Source: Atractiella rhizophila (taxonomy: Eukaryota). From it: a stretch of 38,002 bases of DNA. The DNA is taken from the NCBI GenBank assembly GCA_021432655.1, contig MU271626.1, positions 1 through 38,002 on the forward strand. The letters run 5' to 3'. Made by a program: the position numbers and the translations under genes. Under the pieces are notes generated by a model, which was not told the origin of the DNA, made no database searches, and worked only from the letters and a program-made list of their open reading frames with translations. Numbering within the stretch: the stretch's first letter is position 1; every line of letters starts with the position of its first letter. This document shows positions 23,675-35,540 of the stretch, piece after piece.

Positions 23675-25427
23675 ATGGATGTGATGAAGGTTGGAAACGA
23701 AGAGGATAAGACAGAGAGGAGTCAGAAAGGGGAAAATGAGAAGCAGAAGATAGATAAGAGCAACATTCCACGGTGAGTGTCTGTGTTATACTTGGGGAGA
23801 TGTTCGGCATTGGAGGCTTGATTGAATTCTCACCGTCGGTTGTGGGATAAATTGTGTTTGAGCATGAGTAACGAGAGCACCAAGGCTCCCTGCGGATCCA
23901 TGCACTCTGTCCTAATAGGATTTTCGCATTCTTCTTCTGCCTTCACTGTCATGGTTACACCGTGCACCGAATATTCTTGCCCTTGATTCTGATTTATTTC
24001 CGCAGGCCATATAAATGCAGCTACTGTGACAAAGCCTTCTATCGTCTGGAGCATCAGGTAGGTTCTATGGCCCTCCCTGCGCATTCTGGCTTAGGTCTAT
24101 GTGGACAGTCCAGGCACATCAGGACACATACAGGAGAAAAGGAAAGCACAACAGAGACGGAGATTCACTTCTCCGCTCGTACCACTTCTTTTCTTTGACT
24201 AACACGTTGTTTTTCCAGCCGCACGGTTGCACATTTCCTGGATGCGAGAAACGGTTTTCACGTAGCGACGAGCTCACCAGGTAATTCGCCTTCTGTTGCC
24301 CTCCCTGGTGGGCCTGACAAGAAGGATATAGGCACGCCCGAATACATACCAATCCCAATAGTAAAAGGGGAAAAAAAAAGAGTTTGTTACCCGTGAGTTC
24401 CGCGTCATTGTCCATATTCACCTCTCAGTGTCCACTAGGCCGAACCAGCCGAAACGAATGGCGATGTTCAACTTCCTGTGAGTTCTCTATTCCTTCGCGA
24501 CTCATTCTCAACCACTTCGCCCAGAATGCATGCGATGCCATGACCAGCCTCTCGGTTGCAACAGGATCAGCAGTAGATGTTGACTATCGCCATCAGTCAA
24601 TCCACGCCCTCGCTGCTGCAGCTAGTGACAAGCTACAGGAGATTCACAGGTCGCAAAGTGGTTATTACAACGCGTCGGAACCTCATCCTCACGATCACTT
24701 CTCCCCCGCTAGCATCGGATCGAATTCTAGTTGGCACAATCAGGGTGGACAAAATACGACCTGGAGCTATAGATCGGAGTTCAGCAGATCGGAGTTCACC
24801 GTGTCTTCCCCGAAGTCTCGTCATTCCCACTCACCAAGTCCAGATCAACCTTTAGCAACAGAGTATACACCCTCGACCTCCCCCGTTCTTGGACCATTCA
24901 AGGGCTTGAGCTTGTTGAGCAGCTCTATCTCCAACTCTGGAGGTCCAGGAAGTATCGCTAGCTCGAGCGCGCTCAATTCACCCTACTACTCGCGCGCACC
25001 CTCGCCCAGTTATCACCCTGTCACTCAGTTCCAATTGCCCCCCGCAGTGATAACGTCGGACGCACAGCACGACCTAGTTTTACCTCATCACCATCAGCCT
25101 CACCATCGCTCTCACCCATATGCTACTGCTCACGATAAGCATATCCCCATGCTCCCCTCGCTATTGCGTCGGTCATCTTCGTCTAGCCTCAATCGAATCC
25201 TGCCCCCTCCCGTGCTTCATCCAGATGTAGAAATATCCTCCTCATATTTCCCGCCAAGTACACGCCAATCCCGGTCTGAACCTCCCACTAGAAGCAATAC
25301 GCCTCCCTTGTCATCAACGAGTCATTCAAGTTCCGCAAGCTTGCCCACTTCTGATAGCTTCAAGGCCTCGACAGGTTATCCTCGCAGGCCTGGCGCGCTT
25401 AAACCTCTGACTCCAATCCGAAGATGA
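23675..25427 (+). CDS. creA: C2H2 carbon catabolite repressor CreA/Cre1/Mig1 (multi-exon; needs a GA-AG intron at 24142-24218)
   Basis: IPR|PYKCSYCDKAFYRLEHQ|SRHIRTHTGEK|PHGCTFPGCEKRFSRSDELTR|HARIHTNP, followed by an Ala stretch, TPSTSP, HHRSHPY and LPPP. Confidence 0.92.
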
Positions 25428-25632
25428 TTAACAGAGCAGGTCTTCCATTGTCAATATTTCCTTCTTTTAGATTAGATTAGACTTCGTGAACTCTGTCCTG
25501 TTTCAATTATCCCTTAGACGGCAGCTATAGACACCCTATTGTATTTCCTTGCATTTACGCTTGTTAACATCTATTTAATGATACAATAATGCCACTCCCC
25601 ATTTCTTTGTGCTTCCCTTCTGGACCGGATTC

Positions 25633-28600
25633 TCAGAAGTACAACGAGGCACAAAAGACCACATCCCGCCTAATCGCAAGCTGGGCTCTCTCCATTTTGG
25701 CAAACAATTCTGAATTGCCAACAATCCTTGCGGCATCCTTGATTTCTCGACAGGTCTCGTCCAGCCGTGTGATTGTCCGCACAATTGTACCTTCTTGGAC
25801 ATCGGTGAGGCTTGCGATCTGGTTAAAGGGCTGCTCAACAACTGCCGGATTAGCCCACATCAAGTATGAACGAGACCACTCGCCATTCCTTTGGCCCATT
25901 CGTAGACCACTTCCATCAGCCCAAACCGAAGGATGTTGTCAGGCATCTCATCCCCAAAACTCGTACACACGCTTTGTATTTTCCGCGTCGTGTTGATGAT
26001 TAACTCACGACCCTTGGCAGTTCATGAGCAAAAGGCCATAGCAGAAGCGATTCGTTACCTCCTCCAACTTCTTTGTCAGTATAGGGTCTATCTCTGTCTT
26101 CTCTTGGAAGATAAAGGGCGATAGCAGAGCAACGATTTCCTCCGGTTCAAATGCGCCAAACACATTGTCCAGAATAAGCTCCGTAAGGATGAGCTCGTTA
26201 GCCGAGTTGATCTCGCAGGCGACCCTCCCTTTGAGCAGGACAGTAGAGTTTGAGTCAACAAACTCGAGGGTTCTCAATACGGCAACTTTCTGTTGGTAGT
26301 GCGGCAGCAGCTCGAGGTTCTGTTCCGAAATGCTTAGCTTCAAGCTGTGACACGGTCAATTGAGGTCCATCGCGGCTAACATTCCTATTCACTTAGCAAC
26401 CTTGACCTCCATTTCCTTCTCAGCGTGGAGCTCCCGATACTGCCCTTTGTATTAGGATTTTATCTATAAAATGAAGTGGAAGCTCGTACGAGCTGCTCGA
26501 AATAGGGGTCATCTTGACACGTCAAACAACTTCGCTTTGTGACCAGGTCGTTCCGCAATTTCAACAATTCAAGAAAGTCGAGGGATCGATGTTTCGACCA
26601 TTGCACTTCGCCGGCAAGATCATCGAGCATGGTCGTCTCAAAAGTCTGGAGGAAACCTTCCACAACTTTTGTAAGTTCAGACGATTTTGGACGCTTAAAG
26701 TCGGCTTTGATCTACGGCACATCTTCATCGTTTCGCTTGTCTCCATTTAAAGAAGCAAACCTCAAAATTGAACCGGGTAACGAAAGAGATGCTGGACAGA
26801 GGCACAGAATCCAGTTCATACGTAAGGTTTTCTTTTCCTCGCCATTCAGCGAGAGAAGGCGGCCAAACAGGACCAGTTGGAGAGGATCTTCCTAAATCTA
26901 GCAACGTGAGAATACTCCTCAGTGGCCCGTAAAGGAAATCAACTTCTGTTCATCTCGCTGATGATAAAAACTTGGAAAGTGCGGCGGCCTGGTCCTCCAC
27001 CGGATGACATGATGACTGCCGGAGTGTGAGGAAATCGCTATTTTTGACCACATCAGCTAGGATACCTTTTGAGTTTAACCCACCAAATCGGATAGAATCA
27101 CTACCCTGCCATGATTAAATATCTTGGCACAAAAGGGGTGTGAGAATGCATTCTCCATCATGGTACGGTTTGCGTCCACGATTCGCGCACTCAGATCGTA
27201 GTACTGCCTGATATCTTGCCGATTGGTTGAACTAGTTGAGAGGCGAATTCCATCCAGTTTCAAGAGCGCCTAAATCGGCGCCATCAACAATCAGCCAACG
27301 ATGTGAGGGCTCTTGCCTCTTCCAGCTGCTTTTGGTTCTCAGGTAGAAGCTTCTGCGAAGCGTTTTCCGAAAAACTGCGTTTAATCATCTCCTCGACGCG
27401 CAAAGCTTCCACCCTGAGAAGATTTAACACCATATTGTACGTTAAGCGAAATTGACTCGAAAGCCGTGTTGGAGTACCCAGCAGCATCTTTATCAAACTC
27501 GGGGACTATGCGTGGTAAGAAACTCGATGAAAGTTCAGGGTGAAGGCTAACATCGGGGGTCTCATGTTCGCATACGATTATGACTACTCCAGTAGCGTCG
27601 AGCCCTCGGCGCCCAGCTCGTCCTGCCATTTGAGTGTATTCTCCGGGCAGGAGGTCTCGAAAGTTTTTCCCATCGTGTTTGCGCGTGTTGGCAAAGACAA
27701 CAGAACGGGCAGGCATGTTAACGCCCTAAAGGAAAACGGTGAGCTATTTACATACACCAATATGGTGACCAACCATCGCAAATGTTTCAGTTGCGAAGAG
27801 TATCTTCACAAGACCTCGAGCAAATAAAAGTTCGACCATCTGTCAGCAACAGTTTGAAAAGTGAACTCGAAAGTTAGTTAAGCAGTGATATACTTCTTTT
27901 ACAATCGGGAGAAGTCCACCGTGGTGTACCCCAATACCGCGACCAAGTAGCAGTCGTATGGTCTTGATTTGAGGCAGGTCCTTGTCGCTCCCTTATTTCG
28001 TGTTAAACACCGAAGCGAAGTGGCTCGAACGGCATTACCCTGTAATCTCATGAGACTCCTCTCCAACACCACATGAATCTCGCTCTTTTCAGACGCAGTG
28101 CACAGGTCCGTGTTCGGCATGCTAGCGGCATATTCCTCACAGCGTTTTTTTGAAAATGCAAAAATGACGGCTGGCAAAAGCTGCTTCTTCTTTAATAAAC
28201 CCACCATATGAACCCAGAGCGTTGCATCCTGACGAAATTCCTTCCCTATCCCTGTATGCTTAGCTGGGACAGCAGCTCGACCGCCTCTGCTGTGCGATCC
28301 TCGACCACCTCTTACTGGTGTGGCTGCCCTGGACAATACGGACCCCTCTCGCTCTTTGTCTTGTTTACGACGAGAACCCTCAACAGCATCCCTCCATCTT
28401 GATCCCCTTAAGAATGCCATCGGGATTCAATCAACAACTTACCCCTGACCCAAAAACTCTCCTCTTTGATCAACAATCTTGTGGATCTCACGACCGGCGT
28501 AGAGGTAGTGCTCCAACGGAACTGGTCGTTTAGTGGTACTAATGACGAAGATGTCCTTCTTTTTCGTCCGACTAAATTCATATTGGTTCTTGGTATGCTG

Positions 28601-30286
28601 CAGGAGAACGGAGAGTACCCAACCCAGTCGGCGAATTCTTTCGTGTTTGGGACCGTAGCAGACAAAAGGACTACGTTAACGTGATCTGGAAGCATTATGA
28701 TGACTTCTTCCCATACTACTCCACGCTATCACAGCACAATGAGTGGTTACGAAAGGAAATCTCGAAACAAGAAAAAAGTACCTCAAGATCGTTGACATAG
28801 TGTACCTCGTCGAAAATGACCCATTCCACGTCTCGAATAAGATCCGCTCCCTACTAATTGTTAGGGCAAACGCGACGGTTGGAAAGATTACTTTATAAAG
28901 CATGCTTCGCAAGATTTCCGTTGTCATGATCAAACAACTGCCTTCAGTATTGATTTGAATATCCCCCGTCATTATGCCTACGGCTGACGCGGTAAAGGTC
29001 CGTTTGAAATCGCGAAACTTCTGATTCGATAGGGCCTTTATGGGAGACGTATAGATCGCTCTGGTGAAAACTGAGTAATCGCTTGACTGCGCATCAATAA
29101 CGACCGACTTTGTCATGTGTTTCTCTGCCAGCGCGATTGCGTATTCGGCAACCACAGTCTTACCAGCGCTAGTATGTGCCGCCACGAACACAGAGTCTCC
29201 TTGTTCCATGTGGTAGATCGCTTCTTTTTGGAAGTCGTCCAGCTCGAAAGGAAACTAATATGATGTTATGAGCGCCAAAATATTGTCAAAGCAAGACAAA
29301 CTCATGCCTCTCTAGCCATCTGAGGAACAAGGTCGTGAAAGTTTGTTAGTTTGGTATTTGCATCCACAACATGAGCCCAGTCGCGTTTAGCAACGACATG
29401 ACGCTTGTTCAAAACACTCCTTGGAGTTGGGTCCGGCTTTGAAATCATTGTCAGCTTGTAATTTCCAGATGCTTTGATGCTGACCGCCATGGCCCTGCCC
29501 CCGTCCTCTAGTTTATCATCAAGGGCCGAGAGAACTCCATTTTGGGGGGACCGTGGTGCCTAGAACGTTGAGGAGTGAACGACCGGGGGGGTCTAATCCA
29601 CAAATGCATACCCGAGTTTCGTTGATATCGATGATCCTCGGCTTATAACGTGGCCCCACACTGTCATGTTCTGCGTAGCACGCGACAATATCGGCAACTG
29701 GCAATAGCACATATAAAACAAGCAGACGATAAAGCTGGAATGAAACCTTGCGGAAAGTCTAATCCTCTTGTGAAACCGGGCGGAATGGTCTTTGTATTAT
29801 CTGATGAGTTCATCAGGCGATTATCTTCAAAAAAATAGTCCAAATCACCTCTGCTCAAGGTTAAGTTGGCCTCGATATTTTGTAACGAGTCGGCGACACT
29901 TTCCACAGACCCTAAATCCGCTATCTCTTCAGCCCCACCTGGTGTGAAAGGCATGTAGGTTGATTTTCCGCGTACAAAAGAGGAAGGATCAGCTGGTGGT
30001 CGCGTCATGGAAGTGGTCGCCTTTGCTGACAACGGCGTCCCTGAATGTTCTGAAATCTGTTGTCCTATCAGCAGCAGTTTTTGTTACAAGACGGACTCGC
30101 TTCTTCAAACCCGCAGGCTCGTCCATCCAGACCTTTAGTCTTGAATTCAAGCGTTGTTGTTCGAAACGATGGCTCGACATGAAGAAAAGAGGGAACCCTC
30201 TCTACATCGAAAGATGTCGGAAAGTGCCTGGTAACAAAAGGTAGCTCAGAGCTAACCACAACGCAGAAGGGACTCACTGCTGCCAT
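25633..30286 (-). CDS. SKI2: Ski2 DExH RNA helicase (multi-exon)
   Basis: [108 protein letters not shown]-terminal [13 protein letters not shown]. Confidence 0.95.
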
Positions 30287-30559
30287 TTATCGGATTTGGT
30301 AAATGTGTTGAAGGCTTCTTCCAGGAACTTGTCGATATTCAACATGATGAGTCCACTGCACCAGGTTTCGGGCTCTGAAACACAATTTTTTGGAGATCTT
30401 CGGAACTACCAAGATTATGATTATGATGCAAACAGTGCAGGGAACCTCCCTTATTAGGCACACGATGCTAGCTACAGCTTCAGGACAACTGATACTATTG
30501 GTAGAGTCACGTGACCATGCGCAGCTAAGAGCAAGACCATTGAAGAAGTCCTCAAAACC

Positions 30560-31130
30560 TTCAATTTTATCGTATGAATACCTAGAGCGCCCGTAGCCTC
30601 CCGCAGAGGAACATAGGAGATGGCCTTGGTGACCCAATCCACAACCTGCAAGCTTGTATTGATATAGTGCAAGATAACCTCATTACAATTAATATGATAT
30701 GGTACCGCTGTAAAAGTGCTTTGATTGTGCTCAATGAGAACTGTTTTGAGATTTTGCAAAATTGTTGATAGAGCAGGCCTGTCAGATCCACATTGTGTAC
30801 TAGATTAAAAATACCCAACTCTTGCAAGAAACCATACAACCAAATTGCCTGTTTGGCCACAACATGAGTACTGCTGTATTTCGCCTCCTCCAATAAACAG
30901 AAATCCAAGAGATTAGTCTGTCAGCTAAAATGGCAAAAATGCCAAACTGAGGTTAAAGACTAGAAAGTAGTGTAACAAAAGATGCACCAGAGTAGAAAAT
31001 CTGTGGCTGATTAGAGTGGTCAGAGACAATGCCATAAGTGGGAGTTCCCTTCTGATAGTGTAGAATATGATCAGCAGCAAGAAAGTGAGTGGGACCAGAT
31101 GTAACTAAAAGTAGTCATGGCTTTCGTATG
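30560..31130 (-). mobile_element. Degenerate Ty1/Copia RT-RNase H remnant
   Basis: Minus-strand scraps ..GPTHFLAADHILHYQKGT.. (RT C-terminus) and EAKYSSTHVVAKQAIWLYGFLQELG (Copia RNase H 'EAEY...EAIWLRxLLxELG'), interrupted by stops and frameshifts. Confidence 0.7.
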
Positions 31131-31467
31131 AGATTTTTCAGCTGTGCAGGCCGATACATGCTGTTGCACACAGCTGTCCTTGACCTTGACCACTTTGAGA
31201 AAGGCTGATGTAATACAGATTTGCTTCCCGTTCCATCCATTATGACCCAACTCCGCACGGATATTGTCTCTTCAGCCAGCTTGGCCATTGATTAAGAGCT
31301 ATTCCTTGTTTCCTTATAATGAAGCTTCATTGTACTTGTTAAAACCTCAGTTTGCATCAGTTGTAGCTGCACTCACATGCTTCTACAGTGTAATTTTAAG
31401 CACATTTGAGAATTAGGTTCAGCTTGACATCTAACCTTTGGGGTTGACAGTAAAAGGAGGCAATGCA

Positions 31468-31812
31468 TGTTGAATTAGGTGTTATATTTCATTGTGTTGT
31501 CTTTGTGTGGTCAGCCACCTTTGCTAAAGAGCAGTGGCTAGGGATTGACAGATCAGTTGAAATTACAATTTTCTAATTTGCTACCAACTTGGTTGAAAAT
31601 TTTGACCACTCAGCCATCTGTTTGTTAGTTGTAGTGTGTTGTGTTGGTCATCTGCCTCTTATGACTCATATGAGTCATCACTATGTAGTTTAGTTTTGCC
31701 TAGGAGTGTTGGTGCTCATTATTGACCACCAACTACTCCTAGGTATGTCTCTCTATACTTCATCAATGCCTCATTATTGACCACCAACTACTCCTAGTCT
31801 TAGATCCTTACA
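31468..31812 (+). repeat. 5' LTR of a Copia element (TGTT...TACA), with an internal ~28-bp duplication
   Basis: Starts TGTTGAAT and ends CCTTACA, directly before a PBS. CTCATTATTGACCACCAACTACTCCTAG occurs twice (~31715, ~31770). The first 53 bp recur at 35373. Confidence 0.8.
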
Positions 31813-31825
31813 TGGTAGCGAGAGC
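31813..31825 (+). promoter_or_regulatory. Primer binding site (TGGTAGCGAGAGC), probably for tRNA-Met
   Basis: TGG start immediately after the LTR-terminal CA. TGGTAGC is complementary to the 3' end (GCUACCA) of fungal initiator tRNA-Met. Confidence 0.7.
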
Positions 31826-32499
31826 TCGTGGCTAGGATTACACTTTGCCACACCCATAACCTTCCTCCTCCTCCAGACCACATTTTCACCTCCCCTGCAC
31901 TTAAATTTCGCTCAATTTCAATGATCAAGACAGATCTATGATCCTCAGACATTTCTTTACCACCTTAGAAGGTGTCTGCTTACTCAGGAATCAAGAAATA
32001 TCGAAATCTATCACCTTACCACCCACCTCATGCCTCCAAACACACTTTGCCACCCTGGACTCAAACATTGACGAATTTGGACGTTATAGGGCTTATTTTG
32101 ATCGCGAAACATTGCGCTACAACTTTACTAGGAACCATCTTGGTCACAATAAGCGAAAATTTCGAGATAGCCACTCCATCACCTCCCTTACACCTCAAAA
32201 AACATATTTTTTGGACTTTTAGAAGTCAAATCTGGTCTGATCTGGACAATTTTATCACCATTGGATTCACAATAGGCTATTCTACTATCCTACAACAGAT
32301 CACCTTGATCAGAAGAGTCAAAATTTCGAAATTTGCCGCCATCACATCATTATTACATCAGCCCCTATCATACTTTCTCCATCACATCAAGGGATCTTAG
32401 CACTCAACCATAGACTCTAAGAAGATATTAGGATGGAAATGGCTCTTAATGGGTTGGAATTTGCTGGGCTGAACAGTCTTGCGGCAGCAAATGATGTCA

Positions 32500-33760
32500 C
32501 TATGCCTCAAGCAAGCCTTGAGTGGATAGCAGACACTGGTGCAACTTTCCACATGTCTCCCCATCGTCATTGGTTCAGAACCTATTAGAAGAAAGTCATT
32601 CCTATCAGGGTAGCAAGTGGAGAAGTGATTTGGAGTGCTGGAATTGGGAGCTTGATCTTTGAAGCCAAGTTGGAGGAGAAGAAGACCACCACCATTACGT
32701 CCTACATGTCCCCAAGCTCTGGAACAACCTCCTATCGGTCTTCAGACTTACCATCTACAAAGGAATGAGGGTCTCCATCAAGCACAACAAGTTTATATTC
32801 TTCCAGGGTCAAAAACTCTGCCTTACTGCCACTGTGGACTACAAGAATGGAAGCATGGCTGGAATACTTGATGGGAACACCCTTCCTGCTCCAGAATTCA
32901 CTGGAAATGCTTCTACACTGCCTATGGATGCTTCTCTGTGGCACAGAAGACTTGGACACCTGAATTATGAGGACATCAAGCGTCTGAAGAGGAAGGAATT
33001 GTGAATGGGATGATTTTGGACCTGGAGGATAATCCAGACCCTATTTGCGAGCCATGCCTAGCTGGGAAGCAGCATAGGGTCTTCAACAAGTCAGCAGAGA
33101 CCAGGGAGAAGGAAGTACTGGGTAGGATCAGCTCAGACCTGCATGGACCTCTTCCAGTCACTTCCAGAGAAGGATATCAATATTGGGTCACCTTTATTGA
33201 CAAAGCAACAAATCATTGCACAATTGCCTTCCTCAAGAAGAAATCAGAGGCCCCAGAACTCTTCAAGACCTTGAAGAATTGGGTAGAGAATGTCACTGGG
33301 AAGAAGATCAAGAAGTTTAGAGAGGACAAGGAAGGTGCTTATTCCTCTAAGGAATTCGATCAATATTTCAAGGCTTGTGGTGTCCAGCGTGAACAGACAA
33401 TCAGGAACTCTCCTCACCAGAATGGCAGGGCAGAACGAGCCAATAAGACGATTCAGGAAACTATGGTTGCCATGTTTGAAGAATCTGTACTTCCACTCTT
33501 TCTCTGGCCATCTATTGCTTCAGCGGCCGTCCACATCCGCAAGAGATCTCCCTCAGCTTCAATCAACCATGCCATTCCCCACACGAAACTCACTGGCCTT
33601 ACTCCAACCATCTCAAGATTCAGAATCATTGGATGCAATGCCTACGTTCAAGTTCAGAAGGATGAAAGACCACACAGCTTAGGATCTCATACTCGAAAAT
33701 GCGCATTTATAGGCTATTCCCTTGCAGCAAAAGGGTAAGAATTCTGGGATCCTGTTGGAG
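32500..33760 (+). pseudogene. Copia pol fragment: protease, GAG-pre-integrase and integrase (stops/frameshifts; no gag or RT attached)
   Basis: WIADTGATFHMSPHRHWF (protease); LWHRRLGHLN; CEPCLAGKQHR; SSDLHGP..YWVTFID..FREDKEG..PHQNGRAERANKTI (DDE); KCAFIGY. In-frame stops present. Confidence 0.9.
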
Positions 33761-34300
33761 AAGGTGTACGTTTGAGATGCTCTGCAAGGTCAGGAAGGTG
33801 AAGATTATGTTAGAAGAGCCACAGGGGCCACTTAATGAGTGGAAGGAGTGTCAGGATCAGGTGGGAGATGGACAGAATAATGCTCCAGCCGCTCCTCCAG
33901 CGAGGATTTCGCTATGATGCAGGTCCGCTAGTCCCGCATTAGAGGCTACAACATGAGTCATTCCAAAATTGTGACTCCCAGAGTGAACATTTCAACAATC
34001 TGTCTTACATATAGCTTATTTGGTGTATTTAGAAGAGTTGTGTGAGACAGATTTTTTATTGGTTGACTTCCAGAAAAGTTTTTATTTTCAAAGATCTTGT
34101 GATTGGGACAGGCCTTTGTACGTCTCCAGTGTACTTCGGCAAAGTTAGTTCCGATGTCGGCGTTCGGCTGCGAACGGTCGATTTCGGTTCCGGTGCTGCA
34201 TTAACGCCCCAAACACAAGTCCTCAGGCTCCAATTGTCTGCAATGTCGTCTTTTCCATTCTTTCTTTTCCATTTCCCCCTTCGCCAAATCTTTCAGCGGC

Positions 34301-35365
34301 ATGGGGAGACACTCAAAGAGCATGAAAGCCCATGACCAAAAGCTTGTCACAGCAAGGGCAGCTAAAGCTGCCAAGAGTCAGCAGCGACAAGCTCTGAAGA
34401 TACTGAGAGGATCTGTTACAGAGCCCTCGTTACTTTTCTCAGATTCTTCTGATGAAGAAAGCGAGATCCTTGCATTAGCAGATGCTCCATTGCCTGAGCC
34501 TTTTGAGATCTCTTTTTGCAGCGAGCATGAAGAGACTTTGAATTGCTTCGGAACCTTTGATGATGCAAGTTGGGCTTCATCAGAGCAAAGTTCTGACTCT
34601 GAGGGTAAATCTGCATCAGAAGAGAGTGCCAATGAGCTTGCTCCTGAAACTGCTGAAGGACAGGTACTCATTGCAGAAGCTAAAGCACAACTTCCGGGCA
34701 TTTTTGCTGAGAGTTGAATCAGAAGAAGGGAGAAAAGGCATTGGGCCGCTCTATAGGATATAACGTTGGTACGAAGGTGCCAAAGCAAACCCGTCATAAC
34801 CGTAAGAAAAAGCAAGAATTGCTGGAACAGTTTGTATTTTTATTTAACCCTCTCCTTTCTCAATCTTTTTCAGCACCGAAGCTGGTGCTGATTGCTTTTT
34901 CAGGGAAGCAATGACATGCTGCCCGCTCAAAGCCTTCCTTATCAACAACCGGCCACTTCCACCGCCTTACTCCATTCCCCATACCACTCCTGACGTCCAA
35001 GTGGCTCACAAAGACGATGGCCAGCACAGTACGGCACCTACCCTCACAACCTCACCTCCTTCTCCTCTCAATGATCCATTCAATATTCAGACGTTTTATC
35101 ATTTCATCAGCCGAGGAGAATGAAGACTCACCTGACGAGAGACGACCACAGAAACCACCTTTGGGACACTGCAACACCAACGCTGCCTCCCTTTCTAATC
35201 CCTCCCTCCCCCACACAAGAGACAACCACAGCGATATGTGCAAAGCGAAGCGTTTGAGCGGCGACAAGCACGGCTGGGGCGGTATGCAACAGGCGCGGAG
35301 ATGGCGGAGAGGTTGCTCAAGAAACAGAAGTTTGAGACTGAGCTCCAAGCACGTCGAGTTTGAGC
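34301..35365 (+). CDS. Hypothetical spliced basic/acidic low-complexity protein, possibly a transposon-derived N-terminal region or pseudogene
   Basis: ATG at 34301 (MGRHSKSMKAH...ARAAKAAK). Possible introns 34664-34713 and ~34830-34903 join it to ...GYNVGTKVPKQTRHNRKKKQELLEQEAMTCCPLKAFL. The 3' structure is unclear. Confidence 0.35.
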
Positions 35366-35372
35366 ATTGGAG

Positions 35373-35540
35373 TGTTGGATTAGGTGTTATATTTCATGGT
35401 GTTGTCTTTGTGTGGTCAGCCACCTCTGTTTTGTTTGCTTCACTTCGGAGTTTTAGCCCCCTAGGGGGCAGTTTAGGCAGTCATCATCTTTGACCACCAA
35501 TCTCTGTCCCCTGAGTAGGTACTAGATCTGTAGATCGTGC
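35373..35540 (+). repeat. LTR-like fragment related to the 31468 LTR
   Basis: 51 of the first 53 nt match 31468-31520. Also shares TTGACCACCAA and TAGATC near its 3' end. Confidence 0.7.

Noticed and set aside
31715..31797. CRISPR-like repeat-spacer-repeat (also at 37740-37810)
   Set aside because: Only two copies each, in eukaryotic LTR context with no cas genes. These are ordinary LTR internal duplications.
31938..32400. ORFs 31938-32222 and 31972-32400 as gag
   Set aside because: No zinc knuckle or Copia gag similarity, and composition looks non-coding.
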